The notes under the pieces: generated by a model
Told to the model about the DNA's origin: nothing
The model's database searches: none
Seen by the model: the letters and a program-made list of their open reading frames with translations, nothing else
Assembly: GCA_963710815.1 (NCBI GenBank)
Contig: CAVQCA010000135.1
Coordinates: 1,768-65,767, forward strand
Reading direction: 5' to 3'
DNA length: 64,000 nucleotides
Source: an uncultured Gammaproteobacteria bacterium
GTDB taxonomy: Bacteria > Pseudomonadota > Gammaproteobacteria > UBA9214
Made by a program: the position numbers and the translations under genes
Part shown: positions 25,875 to 36,256 of the stretch, piece after piece
How the letters are laid out: each line of letters begins with the position of its first letter
Numbering within the stretch: position 1 is the first letter of the stretch

Positions 25875-28751
25875 TCAACCGAGTTGGGTGACGATATCGA
25901 GCGGCACCGGGTCGGGCTGGGCGAGACCCGGCAGGATATCGCACGACGGGCGGCCGATATGGTTGCCCTGGGCGCAGTCGACGCCCATCTGCCTGAGTAT
26001 CTGCAGGGTTTTCTCGTTCTCCACGCATTCCGCGATGGTCACCTTGCCCAGGGCGTGGGCGACCTGATTCATGGATTCCACCATGGCCTGGTCCACGGAG
26101 CTGTGCGCCAGACCTTTCACGAAGCCGCCGTCGATCTTGAGCCTGTCGACCGGCAGATGCTTGAGGTAGGCAAAGGAGGAGAATCCGGAACCAAAGTCAT
26201 CCAGTGCGAACTGGCAGCCGATGTCCTTCAGCGCGGTAATGAATGCTTCCGCGGCGACCAGGTTCTCGATCGCCGCCGTCTCGGTGATCTCGAAGGTGAC
26301 CCAGGTGGGATCGAGTCCGGTATCGGAGAGCATTTCCTGTATCAGCGGCAGCAGCGAGCTGTCTTCAAAGGCCTTGCCCGAGAGATTGATCGAGAAACTG
26401 GTTTTGCAGCCCTTCTCGTGCAGGCGGCAGAGCTGCCGGATGGCGCGCCTGACGATCCAGCGGTCGACGCTGTGGATCAGGCCGAAGCGCTCGGCCGCCG
26501 GCATGAAGCCGCCGGGCAGGATGATCTGGCCGTCATCGCAGATCATGCGAACCAGCACTTCGTAGTCTTGCACCGCCCTGGTTTCGGTGGACACGATGGG
26601 CTGATACACCAGCTGGAAGCGGTCATGCTCAAGCATTTCCCGCACGCGCGACGCCCAGCCCATGTCCGCGGCCATGCCGGCCTTGTCGCTGTCTGCCGGA
26701 TTGTAGAGGTTGGCGCGGTTGCGACCCTGCTGCTTGGCGATGTTGCAGGCGAGATCGGCATGCGAGAGCGCCTCCTCGGCCGAGGTGACCTGCTGGTCGA
26801 TCATCGTCACGCCGATGCTGCAGGAGATGTTGTAGTGTTTGCCGCCCTCGATGAATTTGTAGTCATCGCACAGTGCGCGGAAGTTTTCCGCCGCGCTCGG
26901 CACGTCACGCTTGTCGATGTTGTAGAGCAGCAGGGTGAATTCATCACCGCCGAAACGTGCCAGCAGGTCGCCGTCACGGACGTGCGATGAGAGCAGGGAG
27001 GCCATGTTGACCAGCAGGCGGTCGCCGGCGGCATGATCCAGCGTGTCGTTGATGTACTTGAACTGGTCGAGATCGATATAGAACAGCGCACAGTCCGACT
27101 CGTTGCGCGCCACACGCGCCACGGTGCGCTCCAGTTCCTGCTGGAAATAATTCCGGTTGAACAGGCCGGTGAGCGAGTCATGTTCGGCGTGGTAGGAGAG
27201 CTGGTGCTGGAACGCCTTCTGTTCCGTGATATCACGCGCCGTGCCGCTGATCTGGACGACCCTGCCATCGGCGTCCTTGTGTGACTTGGCGCTGAAGCTG
27301 AGAAAATGCGGTTTGCCTTCGGCGTCCAGATGCACGGTTTCGAACTTGATGCGCTCCCTGCCATGCAACAGCCCGTCAATGGCTTCCTCGTCGATGGGGG
27401 GGTGATCGGGCGATCTGAATTCGTGGATCGGGCGCTGCAGCATCTCATCGGGCGCGTAGCCGTAAATCGTCTGGCAGGCGCGGTTGATGTAGGTCAGCGA
27501 GCCCGTGGCATCCATCGTCCAGACGAGATCATGCGCGGTTTCGACCAGATCGCGGTAGCGGCTCTCGGCGTCCCGCAACTGCTCTTCCGTGGCCTTGCGC
27601 CGCGTGATATCGGCGACCAGGCAGGTATACATGCATTGCCCGTTGATGCGCATGGCGCTGACGCGCGCCGACATCTTCATGGTGGTGCCGTTGCGGTGAT
27701 AGCCCAGAACCTCGCATTCTTCGCCAATCAGGCGCAGCCTGTTCTCGTCGTCGAACAGATCCGGCAGCAGCCATTTAAACGGCCGCTGGCATATTTCCGT
27801 TGCCAGGTAGCCGAACAGTTTCTCCGCGGCGGGATTGAAGGTTTCGATCATGCCCTTGCCGTTCACTACGATGATTCCCTCCGCGGCCGTTTTTACCACC
27901 GCGCGCATATGGGTTTCCTGTTCACCGAGACGGCGGAAAAGCCCACCGAGGGTCTGGGTGATGAAGCCGATTTCATCCGTCGACTGGGGTTTCAGGTGCG
28001 CCAGCTCGGCATGCATGGTGGCGCCGTTGCGCTGGAAAATGGTCTCAACCGGTGCCAGGGAACGGGCAACGCTGCGGATGGAAAACAGCGTAACCAGGGT
28101 CGTAATGGATACCAGAATCAGCCAGACGGCCAGATCCCCGTACTTCAGGCTGCCACTCTGTTGCCAGTGGTAATTCATCAGCAAGGAATAGGACAACATG
28201 GGCACGAACCCCCCGAGCAGGAGGAGCCTGGATTTCAGGCTGATCTGGATCTTTTGCAGGCTGAGGTGTCCCGACAGTTTGCCGATCAGGTCCATGGCCA
28301 GTTGATAGGTGGGCAGACCCACCAGCATCGAGATCGATAGCTGCAGCACCAGCAGCTGCAGGAATCGGCCCGGGTGCGCGGCGATCGGTATCTTCGCGGC
28401 GAAGAAAAACAGCGGTGGCATCACCAGGGCATAGAAAAGGAAGAAGGACCAGTAATCACGGCTGAATCCATCCAGGCGCCGCTGCTGTCGTGAGTTCAGG
28501 CAGGACCCTGGCCGGCGCCGTATCCAGTCGCTCAAGGGATTGAAATAATTATAGAAATAGATGAATGCGCAGAGTACGGTAGCAGCCAGAAAAACCGCCA
28601 GCATGACTTGCATACGCAGGGTCTGGAGTTCACTTGCACGGACCAGCCCGAACAGTTGGGCACTGGCCAGACCTGCCAGCGGAACGAGTAGAAGTCCGGT
28701 TATGATCAGGGCGGTGAAGCGGGCGCGTATGTTTTTTAGCTCACTCAACAT
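25875..28751 (-). CDS. membrane-bound sensory PAS-PAS-GGDEF-EAL protein (diguanylate cyclase/phosphodiesterase)
   Basis: About 958 aa from the ATG at 28751 (GGAGGA-like RBS). The N-terminal 280 aa have 6-7 TM helices, followed by two PAS domains, a GGDEF domain with an intact RFGGDEF motif and an EAL domain with EITE. Confidence 0.85.
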   Translation of the reverse strand: MLSELKNIRARFTALIITGLLLVPLAGLASAQLFGLVRASELQTLRMQVMLAVFLAATVLCAFIYFYNYFNPLSDWIRRRPGSCLNSRQQRRLDGFSRDYWSFFLFYALVMPPLFFFAAKIPIAAHPGRFLQLLVLQLSISMLVGLPTYQLAMDLIGKLSGHLSLQKIQISLKSRLLLLGGFVPMLSYSLLMNYHWQQSGSLKYGDLAVWLILVSITTLVTLFSIRSVARSLAPVETIFQRNGATMHAELAHLKPQSTDEIGFITQTLGGLFRRLGEQETHMRAVVKTAAEGIIVVNGKGMIETFNPAAEKLFGYLATEICQRPFKWLLPDLFDDENRLRLIGEECEVLGYHRNGTTMKMSARVSAMRINGQCMYTCLVADITRRKATEEQLRDAESRYRDLVETAHDLVWTMDATGSLTYINRACQTIYGYAPDEMLQRPIHEFRSPDHPPIDEEAIDGLLHGRERIKFETVHLDAEGKPHFLSFSAKSHKDADGRVVQISGTARDITEQKAFQHQLSYHAEHDSLTGLFNRNYFQQELERTVARVARNESDCALFYIDLDQFKYINDTLDHAAGDRLLVNMASLLSSHVRDGDLLARFGGDEFTLLLYNIDKRDVPSAAENFRALCDDYKFIEGGKHYNISCSIGVTMIDQQVTSAEEALSHADLACNIAKQQGRNRANLYNPADSDKAGMAADMGWASRVREMLEHDRFQLVYQPIVSTETRAVQDYEVLVRMICDDGQIILPGGFMPAAERFGLIHSVDRWIVRRAIRQLCRLHEKGCKTSFSINLSGKAFEDSSLLPLIQEMLSDTGLDPTWVTFEITETAAIENLVAAEAFITALKDIGCQFALDDFGSGFSSFAYLKHLPVDRLKIDGGFVKGLAHSSVDQAMVESMNQVAHALGKVTIAECVENEKTLQILRQMGVDCAQGNHIGRPSCDILPGLAQPDPVPLDIVTQLG

Positions 28752-28829
28752 GATCTGTCCTCGATCCTCCCACTCCGGCAACGTGAATGTGCCGACGGCC
28801 TCGTGAGTATTTAAATATTATTTTATAAT

Positions 28830-28848
28830 TAGTGTACTAGCTACACTA
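28830..28848. promoter_or_regulatory. palindrome TAGTGTA-CTAGC-TACACTA upstream of the GGDEF-EAL gene
   Basis: Perfect 7-bp arms in an AT-rich leader. A second inverted repeat ATTGTGGTG-N4-CGCCACAAT lies at 28914..28935. Confidence 0.3.
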
Positions 28849-29045
28849 TTGTATGATTTCGGTGAATACTATTGCATAACTACCCGTAATTACAAGGCTA
28901 CCGACCGTTATTAATTGTGGTGTTTGCGCCACAATCGAATTGTGAGACCGCACCCTGGTGAGATCATGGCTTTCCTGCTGACCATGCACGTAGCGTGCAG
29001 CGGGGCAATTGCGGGCGAAACGAAAGTGTGGATTCGGGCGGAGTG

Positions 29046-29612
29046 TTACCGAAATGCGTAGCCGAGGCTGATGAGGTGCATCTTAAGACCGTCATTCGGG
29101 CCCTTGATGCCACCGTTGGTGAGATACTGATAATGGTAGGACAGCTCGTAGTTACCTTTGTTGCCAAACCCAATGCCCAGGCCGACAATCGGACCGAACT
29201 GCAGATTCGTGGCCAGGTCCCGATCACCAAGTTTCGTGTCGGTGAGCAGGTGTCCGCCGATGCCGATTTCAGAAAATGGCGTGACGCCTTTGGATAACTG
29301 GACATCGCGCTGCAGGCGCAGGTAGGGAGTGAGACTGAAGTCATAAAGGCTGCTGTTCTGGTTGATATCGGATTTCAGGTAGGCGAGGGAGGCATCCCAG
29401 TACCCGCTCACGAACCAGGCGCCTTCATTAAACCAGGTTCGGTTCCATTTGTTTTGCACGCCAATCTGAAAATCCAGGGTCTTGTTGGTATCGTTGTCCT
29501 TCCCCGCGGTGACGGTGACCGAGTCGATCCAGGGCCTCCCGGCCGCCTGGGTCAGCGTGAGAGGGATCAGCAGCAGTACCGGGGCAACCAGGGTACGTAT
29601 GAATGTATTCAT
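29046..29612 (-). CDS. pagL: lipid A 3-O-deacylase PagL-like outer membrane protein
   Basis: 188 aa with a signal peptide. Blocks GYWDASLAYL, PFSEIGIGG and GIKGPNDGL..H..SLGYAF align with Pseudomonas PagL (GYWDAGYTYW, PFIEAGIGV, GLKQPNDGIESYSLFYKIPI) as recalled. Confidence 0.7.
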   Translation of the reverse strand: MNTFIRTLVAPVLLLIPLTLTQAAGRPWIDSVTVTAGKDNDTNKTLDFQIGVQNKWNRTWFNEGAWFVSGYWDASLAYLKSDINQNSSLYDFSLTPYLRLQRDVQLSKGVTPFSEIGIGGHLLTDTKLGDRDLATNLQFGPIVGLGIGFGNKGNYELSYHYQYLTNGGIKGPNDGLKMHLISLGYAFR

Positions 29613-29736
29613 TTTGCGCCTCGTCTGCATTCTCTGTCGCGGCTTGCTCCACGGCGGATTATTGTAAAGTGGCGTCGTGCGCCTGTCAGTGATCGGCCCC
29701 GCGGCTGCTGACGCAAGGTTCGTAAGTCACACCGCG

Positions 29737-30102
29737 CTACCAGCGATAGAGGACCCATCTGGGCACAGTAATATTCGGTTCCAGGGTGTTGTAACGCGAT
29801 TCGAGTGAGCCATTACCATCCTGATCAACCAGGTAGTACGGATAACCGATGCGCGGCACGATCTTGACCATGTAAAGCTGATTGTTCACACGGTACTCGT
29901 AGATGATATCCTCTCCGCGCTTGGTGATTTTCACCTCGGGCTGGAGGTCCTCTTCCCCGCTGAGTCCGGAGGGGGGAGGAGGTGCGGTTTCGGGCACTGG
30001 CATTGGCGGCGGGGGCGGGATATCGGGCAGCGGCGGGTTCTCGGCACGCGCCACCAGGCAGGGCAGCATTAACGCGATCAGCAACGCAAGCAGTCTGGTC
30101 AT
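29737..30102 (-). CDS. DUF2782 domain secreted protein
   Basis: Signal peptide MTRLLALLIALMLPCLVARA, a Pro-rich linker and the conserved EVKITKRGEDIIYEYRVNNQLYMVKIVP motif. Sits divergently upstream of polA as in Pseudomonas. Confidence 0.65.
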   Translation of the reverse strand: MTRLLALLIALMLPCLVARAENPPLPDIPPPPPMPVPETAPPPPSGLSGEEDLQPEVKITKRGEDIIYEYRVNNQLYMVKIVPRIGYPYYLVDQDGNGSLESRYNTLEPNITVPRWVLYRW

Positions 30103-30325
30103 GATTTCATTCCGGTGGTCCATACAGTAAATTGGCGCAATATTGGCACCTGATCCTGTTACTAAAACATCGCCAGCAAATCTTTCCCCACAACCAGAGG
30201 ATAGCATCGACGACATCTGCAGATACATCCGTATCGGATATCCGGCCGGAAATTTTCACCGCGCCTGTCCTGCCGCATCGCGGGGTGTTTGCCGAAATTC
30301 GCCCGGGGGTGTGTCCGGGCCGGGT

Positions 30326-30359
30326 GTCGTAGCGAGCACTGCGGGAGAACGAGCACAGG
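30326..30359. repeat. internal fragment of MITE family B (GTCGTAGCGAGCACTGCGGGAGAACGAGCACAGG)
   Basis: Matches the core of the 17034..17198 element but has no terminal inverted repeats. Lies in the DUF2782/polA divergent intergenic region. Confidence 0.5.
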
Positions 30360-30425
30360 CACAAGGTTTCTCAGGGAGCAGGCCCTGGTTCAAACCCAGG
30401 CACGACGGTCTCCCGGACGAGACCA

Positions 30426-33149
30426 TTGACGATGATCATGACAACAACCAGCCCCCTCATACTTGTCGATGGATCCTCCTACCTGTACCGGGCCTTTCAT
30501 GCCCTGCCTCCGTTGAATACGTCCCGTGGCGAGCCGACCGGGGCGATATACGGGGTCATCAATATGTTGCGAAGCCTGTTGGCGGAATACCGGCCCCGCT
30601 ACTTCGCGGTGGTATTCGACGCCCGCGGCAGAACCTTTCGGGATGATCTGTTTGCCGAATACAAGGCCAATCGTCCGCCGATGCCGGAGGAGCTGGCCGC
30701 GCAGATCGAACCCCTGCATGCCCTGGTAAGGGCGCTCGGCCTGCCATTGCTCCAGGTGCCGGGCGTGGAAGCGGATGATGTCATCGGCACGCTCGCCCGA
30801 CGGGCCGCAGCCGAGGGCATTGAAACGCTCATCTCGACGGGAGACAAGGACATGGCGCAACTGGTGGATCCACATATCACACTGGTGAACACCATGTCGC
30901 ACACCGTCCTGGATCGCGACGGTGTCATGGAGAAATTCGGCGTGCCCCCGGAACACATCGTGGATTTGCTGGCGCTCATGGGGGACAGTTCAGACAACAT
31001 CCCGGGTATCCCCAAGGTCGGGCCGAAGACCGCGGCCAAATGGCTGAATGAGTACGGTTCCCTGGATGACTTGCTGGCCCGTGCCGATGACATCAAGGGC
31101 AAGGTGGGCGAGAGCCTGCGCGCCAATCTCGATACCCTGGCCCTGTCGCGCCAGCTGGCGACCATCCACTGCGATGTCGATCTGGACGTCGGGCCGGGTG
31201 GTCTGCAGCCAGGCGAACCGGATGTTGAACAGTTACGGGAGTGGTATACCCGGCTGGAATTCTCGCGCTGGCTTCGAGAACTGGAAAGTCGACCATCGGG
31301 ACTGGCCGCTGCCCGCCCGCCCGAGCATCCCGATGCAAAGGTGAAATACGAAACGGTGCTTACGCAGGCGCAATTCGACGCCTGGCTGGCGCGCCTGGAG
31401 GCGGCGGAGCTGTTTGCGTTCGATACCGAAACCACCAGCCTCAATTATATGTCCGCACGTATCGTCGGCGTGTCGTTCGCGGTCACGGCGGGCGAGGCCG
31501 CCTATACGCCGCTGGCGCACGATTATGCCGGCGCCCCGGAGCAGCTGGACCGCGATGCCGTGCTGGCGCGTCTGCGCCCTCTGCTGGAAGACCCGCGGCG
31601 ACACAAGGTCGGGCATCACATCAAGTATGACCGCAACGTGTTGGCCAACCACGGGATCACGCTGGACGGCATCCGCTTCGACACCATGCTGGAATCCTAT
31701 GTACTCGACAGCACGGCCACCCGCCACGACATGGATTCGGTGGCGCTGAAGTACCTCGGTCACGCCAACATCACCTATGAGGATGTGGCCGGAAAGGGGG
31801 CAAACCAGCTGGACTTCAACCAGGTGCCAATCGAGCAGGCCGCACCGTATGCCGCCGAGGACGCGGACATTACCCTGCGCCTGCACGAAACCATGTGGCC
31901 GATTCTGGCGGAGTCGCCGGCGCTCGAGAACATCTATCGCGAGATCGAGTTGCCGCTGGTGACGGTACTCTCCGACATGGAGCAGGCGGGGGTGGCCATC
32001 GACACCGCCATGCTGGCCCGGCAAAGCGCGGAACTGGCGAAGCGCATCGTCGCCATCGAACAGGAGGCGCACCGCGAAGCCGGACAGCCGTTCAACCTCG
32101 GCTCGCCCAAGCAGATCCAGGAAATCCTGTACGACAAGCTGCGCCTGCCGGTGCTGGCCAAAACACCGAAAGGTGCGCCCTCGACGGCGGAGGCGGTGCT
32201 GCAGGATCTGGCGCTCGATTACCCGCTGCCGCGCCTGATCCTGCAATACCGTTCCCTCAGCAAGCTGAAGTCGACGTATACGGACCGCCTGCCGGATCAG
32301 ATCGATCCCCGGACCGGACGCGTCCACACCTCCTACCATCAGGCGGTCGCCACCACGGGGCGGTTGTCATCGTCCGATCCCAACCTGCAGAACATCCCGG
32401 TGCGCACCGAGGAGGGGAGGCGTATCCGGCAGGCCTTCATCGCCCGACCGGGTTATGACCTGCTGGCGGCCGATTATTCCCAGATCGAGTTGCGTATCAT
32501 GGCCCACCTCTCCATGGACGATGGCCTGCTGCGCGCCTTTGCGGCCGGCGCCGATATTCACCGCGCCACCGCGGCCGAGGTCTTCGGTGTGGCGCCGGAG
32601 ATGGTCACCGGTGATCAGCGCCGCTCCGCCAAGGCAATCAATTTCGGTCTGATTTATGGTATGTCCTCGTTCGGTCTGGCGCAGCAGCTGGGCATCGCGC
32701 GTGGTGCGGCTCAGGAGTATATCGACCTGTATTTCTCGCGCTATCCGGGTGTCAAAGCCTATATGGAGGCGACCCGTGGTCAGGCGCGCGAGCAGGGTTT
32801 TGTCGAAACGGTTTTTGGCCGGCGCCTCTATCTGCCCGATATCAAGGCAAGTAATGCGCAGCGTCGCGTGGCAGCGGAACGCACCGCGATCAACGCCCCC
32901 ATGCAGGGCACGGCGGCGGATATCATCAAGCGCGCCATGATTCGGCTGCATGGCTGGATCAAGAGCCAGCGCAACCCGGGAATCATGATGATCATGCAGG
33001 TGCACGATGAGCTGGTTTTCGAGGTGGCGGAATCGAAGCTGGAGGAAGCGGGAATCCGGGTTCGGGAGTTGATGGTTGGGGCGGCCGATCTAAGGGTTCC
33101 GCTGGTGGTGGATATCGGTTCGGGCAGGAACTGGGATGAGGCTCACTGA
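30426..33149 (+). CDS. polA: DNA polymerase I
   Basis: 907 aa with 5'-3' exonuclease, 3'-5' exonuclease and polymerase domains (the [14 protein letters not shown] and QVHDELVFE motifs are present). Confidence 0.97.
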   Translation: MTMIMTTTSPLILVDGSSYLYRAFHALPPLNTSRGEPTGAIYGVINMLRSLLAEYRPRYFAVVFDARGRTFRDDLFAEYKANRPPMPEELAAQIEPLHALVRALGLPLLQVPGVEADDVIGTLARRAAAEGIETLISTGDKDMAQLVDPHITLVNTMSHTVLDRDGVMEKFGVPPEHIVDLLALMGDSSDNIPGIPKVGPKTAAKWLNEYGSLDDLLARADDIKGKVGESLRANLDTLALSRQLATIHCDVDLDVGPGGLQPGEPDVEQLREWYTRLEFSRWLRELESRPSGLAAARPPEHPDAKVKYETVLTQAQFDAWLARLEAAELFAFDTETTSLNYMSARIVGVSFAVTAGEAAYTPLAHDYAGAPEQLDRDAVLARLRPLLEDPRRHKVGHHIKYDRNVLANHGITLDGIRFDTMLESYVLDSTATRHDMDSVALKYLGHANITYEDVAGKGANQLDFNQVPIEQAAPYAAEDADITLRLHETMWPILAESPALENIYREIELPLVTVLSDMEQAGVAIDTAMLARQSAELAKRIVAIEQEAHREAGQPFNLGSPKQIQEILYDKLRLPVLAKTPKGAPSTAEAVLQDLALDYPLPRLILQYRSLSKLKSTYTDRLPDQIDPRTGRVHTSYHQAVATTGRLSSSDPNLQNIPVRTEEGRRIRQAFIARPGYDLLAADYSQIELRIMAHLSMDDGLLRAFAAGADIHRATAAEVFGVAPEMVTGDQRRSAKAINFGLIYGMSSFGLAQQLGIARGAAQEYIDLYFSRYPGVKAYMEATRGQAREQGFVETVFGRRLYLPDIKASNAQRRVAAERTAINAPMQGTAADIIKRAMIRLHGWIKSQRNPGIMMIMQVHDELVFEVAESKLEEAGIRVRELMVGAADLRVPLVVDIGSGRNWDEAH

Positions 33150-33241
33150 ATGGGCGCAACCCGATGCCATCAGAATTCACTGGACATGAAACGCTGAACG
33201 CATTGCGTATTGGTCCTGGTTTCCATCCATAAACAAACTTA

Positions 33242-33316
33242 CCGCAGAGACGCCGGGGACGCAGAGAAATCCTTTCATGAAAACTATCAAATCTCTGTGT
33301 TCTCGGCGTCTCTGCG
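33242..33316. repeat. long hairpin (13-bp perfect stem CCGCAGAGACGCC / GGCGTCTCTGCGG with nested inner stem) downstream of polA
   Basis: Seen directly in the sequence 93 bp after the polA stop. No T-tract follows, so it is not a classical terminator. Opens a roughly 500-bp AT-rich intergenic region. Confidence 0.4.
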
Positions 33317-33674
33317 ATGAATGTAGCGTTTATGGAAGAATTCTAACTATCCGTAATATATATATTAATAATAATAGTAAACTATATATTTTGTCATTAC
33401 ATGTAAAATATACTGTTGCCTGTTTATTGATGAGCTCTTGCTCGAATCTGACAATACAGGCGGGCTCCCGTGTCTCACCGGGACAACCGCTCTCCGGCAA
33501 CACACCGTCTTTCCTCAAGACATTATGTCCTTCGAACGCCACCCGGCGAGACCTGCGGGCTGGTTCCGTTGCCGTGCTGGGTATCCATCGATGAATGCAA
33601 TATATTGATTGTATGGAAAAATATATTTTTTTAAATTTTCGTGAACCTTTTTTGAAGTGCCCGGTCTTATTTTG

Positions 33675-33786
33675 TGAGTACGATGGTACTCACCCGCTTC
33701 CCTCCCTGAGCGGGTATTCCTCCTACCCGGTATCGCTACCGGGAATATTGAAACCCCGGCTTATCCCCCCTTGCCGGGGTTTTTTT
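33675..33786 (+). ncRNA. candidate Spot42/ErsA-like small RNA between polA and engB
   Basis: Rho-independent terminator on the + strand (CCCCGGC-loop-GCCGGGG then T8 at 33753-33786). Upstream hairpins at 33675-33690, 33691-33714 and 33716-33746, preceded by sigmaE-type GAACCT-N16-TCTTA (33642-33668) and sigma70-like TTGATT/TTTAAAT elements. spf/ErsA occupy exactly this conserved polA-engB slot in E. coli and Pseudomonas. Confidence 0.5.
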
Positions 33787-33828
33787 TGCCCCGATTTTAC
33801 CCAGCCATTGGTTCGGGGAGGCGTCGAG

Positions 33829-34449
33829 TCAGTCCTCTGGTGGGTCCTGTGGGGGAAATTCCAGCCACTGATCGAGGACCGCGCGTGCTTCCCCGGCGCC
33901 GGCCGGCGTCAGCGCGGAAAAGAGTTGCACCGTGGCAAGGGGATGCAGCTCCGCGAGGTTCCCGCGAACCTTGAGCAATACCGCCTTCGCGGGAGCACGT
34001 TTGAGCTTATCGGCCTTGGTGAGCAGGACATGGGCAGACAGGCCGGCGGTATGGCACCAGGTGAGTACCTGGCGGTCGTACTCTTTCAGCGGGTGACGAA
34101 TATCCATTAGCAGGATCACACCCCGAAGGGATTGCCGCGTTTCCAGGTATTGCGCTATCCCCCTCTGCCAGCGATCCTTGATATCTTTCGATACCTTCGC
34201 GTAACCGTACCCGGGTAGATCGACGAGACGGCGCTGGTCATCCACGGTAAAGAAGTTGATGTGTTGCGTGCGACCCGGTGTCTTGCCGGTTCGGGCCAAT
34301 GCCTTCTGGCTGGTGATGACATTCAGGGCACTGGACTTGCCGGCATTGGAGCGCCCGGCGAAGGCGACCTCCATGCCGGTATCGGGCGGCGCCTGCCGAG
34401 GGGTCGGGGTGCCAAGATGAAAGCGGGTATGTTGATAGTGATTTTTCAT
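33829..34449 (-). CDS. engB: ribosome biogenesis GTP-binding protein EngB (YihA)
   Basis: The N-terminus [34 protein letters not shown] matches EngB G1. G3 and G4 motifs are present. Confidence 0.9.
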   Translation of the reverse strand: MKNHYQHTRFHLGTPTPRQAPPDTGMEVAFAGRSNAGKSSALNVITSQKALARTGKTPGRTQHINFFTVDDQRRLVDLPGYGYAKVSKDIKDRWQRGIAQYLETRQSLRGVILLMDIRHPLKEYDRQVLTWCHTAGLSAHVLLTKADKLKRAPAKAVLLKVRGNLAELHPLATVQLFSALTPAGAGEARAVLDQWLEFPPQDPPED

Positions 34450-34677
34450 CTGGGCGTCATAACCGTGCTCACGGGTGCATTAAACGCGAGATCGGACGCT
34501 TTGAAAACCCGTATCAGCCACGGTTTGCGGCGAAGTGATCCGCTATCCACAGTTGACCCCCTGACCATTGGCTGGTATACAAGGAGCCCATTTTTTTTCC
34601 GTCCTGGCGTCAGCCACAGTCAGAACGTTCAACCGTACATGAGACCGCTTTGCGGCGGAGACAGGAGTAGGTTCCAC

Positions 34678-35289
34678 ATGAAGCACTGGATCAATATCTC
34701 TTTGTGTTTAATCACAATGTGTTGTTTTTGCTCGGCCAACGCCACAGGCAATGTCGAAGCCGGCAAGGAGAAGTCCGCCGTTTGCGCCGCCTGCCATGGC
34801 GCGGATGGCAACAGCGTAAACCCCGAATGGCCCAAGCTGGCTGGTCAGAATGCAGGCTACATCGTCAAGCAACTGACCTATTTCAAGGACGGGGAGCGCG
34901 TCAATGCGACGATGAAGGGCATTGCCTCGAATTTGACCGAGCAGGATCGCGAGGATCTGGCCGCCTATTTTTCCAGCCTGAAGGTGAAGACCGGTGTCGC
35001 GGATCCCGCCCTGGTGGAAGAGGGCCAGAAGATCTATCGCAGCGGCATCGCCTCGAGCGGCGTGGCCCCGTGCATGGGTTGTCACGGCCCGGACGGTGCG
35101 GGTAATCCCGCCGCCAACTACCCGGCCCTGCGTGGCCAGAACGCCAAGTACGTCGAGAATCAGCTGCGCGGTTTCGCCGGCGGGCAGCGTCAGAATGAAA
35201 ATGCCAAGAAGATGATGCAGATTCTGGCCTCGAGAATGACGGATCGCGAAATTCGTGCGGTAGCATCCTATATTCAGGGTCTGCACTAA
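34678..35289 (+). CDS. cytochrome c4 (diheme)
   Basis: 203 aa with a signal peptide and two CxxCH motifs (CAACHG, CMGCHG). The start is the internal ATG with a GGAG-like RBS. Conserved neighbour of engB/dsbA. Confidence 0.85.
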   Translation: MKHWINISLCLITMCCFCSANATGNVEAGKEKSAVCAACHGADGNSVNPEWPKLAGQNAGYIVKQLTYFKDGERVNATMKGIASNLTEQDREDLAAYFSSLKVKTGVADPALVEEGQKIYRSGIASSGVAPCMGCHGPDGAGNPAANYPALRGQNAKYVENQLRGFAGGQRQNENAKKMMQILASRMTDREIRAVASYIQGLH

Positions 35290-35290
35290 C

Positions 35291-35361
35291 AGCCTGTCGA
35301 ACCTGGGACTGATCTGCCCGATAACTGCTCCTGGCTACCATCAAGCAGGTCCGACAGGTCC
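35291..35361. repeat. degenerate MITE family B remnant (AGCCTGTCGAACC ... GGTCCGACAGGTCC)
   Basis: Imperfect copies of the family B inverted termini, immediately 3' of the cytochrome c4 stop codon. May act as a terminator hairpin. Confidence 0.4.
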
Positions 35362-35551
35362 CTGGCACGCATATTCGGGTCCGCACCGTACGTAGCGCAC
35401 CCGCATCTACGGCGGCGCTTGCGTGAAACGCCGGTGTTTGATTGATTGTTAACCGGATTGCAGTGCGGCGCGTTACTATTATTTCGTCACGGTCGCCTTG
35501 ACCAGGGAAATCGGGCAGGGATCCGCAGAAATCATTGTTTCGGAGTCGCCA

Positions 35552-36202
35552 ATGAAAATCACGATCAAATGGCTGTTTGTGTTGTTGCTCCCACTGGCCA
35601 TGTCAGTCGCCTCGGGTGCGGAGAAGTACGTGGAAGGCGTGCAATACAACCGCCTCGATACGCCACAGCCCACCTCCGATCCCCACAAGATCGAAGTCGT
35701 GGAGATGTTCTCATACGCCTGCCCGCATTGCTTCCATCTGGATCCGTATGTCAACGAGTGGCTGAAGACAAAACCCGATGATGTGGTGTTTATTCGCCTG
35801 CCCGTGGTCTTCAGACCCCAGTGGGAGCCCCTGGCAAAGGCCTATTTCACCGCCCAGCTGCTCGGGGATCTGGACAAGACGGACACGGCGCTGTTTGATG
35901 CCATCCATGTGAAAAACCAGAATCTCGAGAATGAGGCGGCACTGCGAGATTTCTTTGCCAGCCAGGGAGTCGACCCCAAGGAATTCGACAAGGTCTACAA
36001 TTCCTTTGACGTCGCGGTAAAAGTCAACCATGCAAAACTGATGACGAAGCGCTATGCGATCACCGGCGTGCCGACACTGATCGTGGATGGTAAATACAGC
36101 GTGGGCGGAGAAGGCAAGAGTGTGTTCAAGGTAATCGATTACCTGATCGAACAGGAGCGCAAGGCCGGCGCGCCCGCCTCGGCCGGTGCCCAGGCTCACT
36201 GA
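35552..36202 (+). CDS. dsbA: thiol:disulfide interchange protein DsbA
   Basis: Signal peptide, the CPHC active site (YACPHCFHL) and thioredoxin fold length (216 aa). Confidence 0.9.
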   Translation: MKITIKWLFVLLLPLAMSVASGAEKYVEGVQYNRLDTPQPTSDPHKIEVVEMFSYACPHCFHLDPYVNEWLKTKPDDVVFIRLPVVFRPQWEPLAKAYFTAQLLGDLDKTDTALFDAIHVKNQNLENEAALRDFFASQGVDPKEFDKVYNSFDVAVKVNHAKLMTKRYAITGVPTLIVDGKYSVGGEGKSVFKVIDYLIEQERKAGAPASAGAQAH

Positions 36203-36256
36203 GCAGGATTGCCTGACACCTCACAACGCGGGAATGCACCGGGATCGCGGTTGCGC

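Noticed and set aside
33277-34110. ORFs 33277..33594 (+) and 33595..34110 (+) in the polA-engB spacer
   Set aside because: They cross the AT-rich non-coding region and the predicted sRNA/terminator, and the second overlaps engB on the opposite strand. No RBS or family support.
34261-35289. 342-aa ORF spanning the engB-c4 intergenic region
   Set aside because: It is a 5' extension of cytochrome c4 through the divergent promoter region. The signal peptide and an RBS-preceded ATG at 34678 define the real start.
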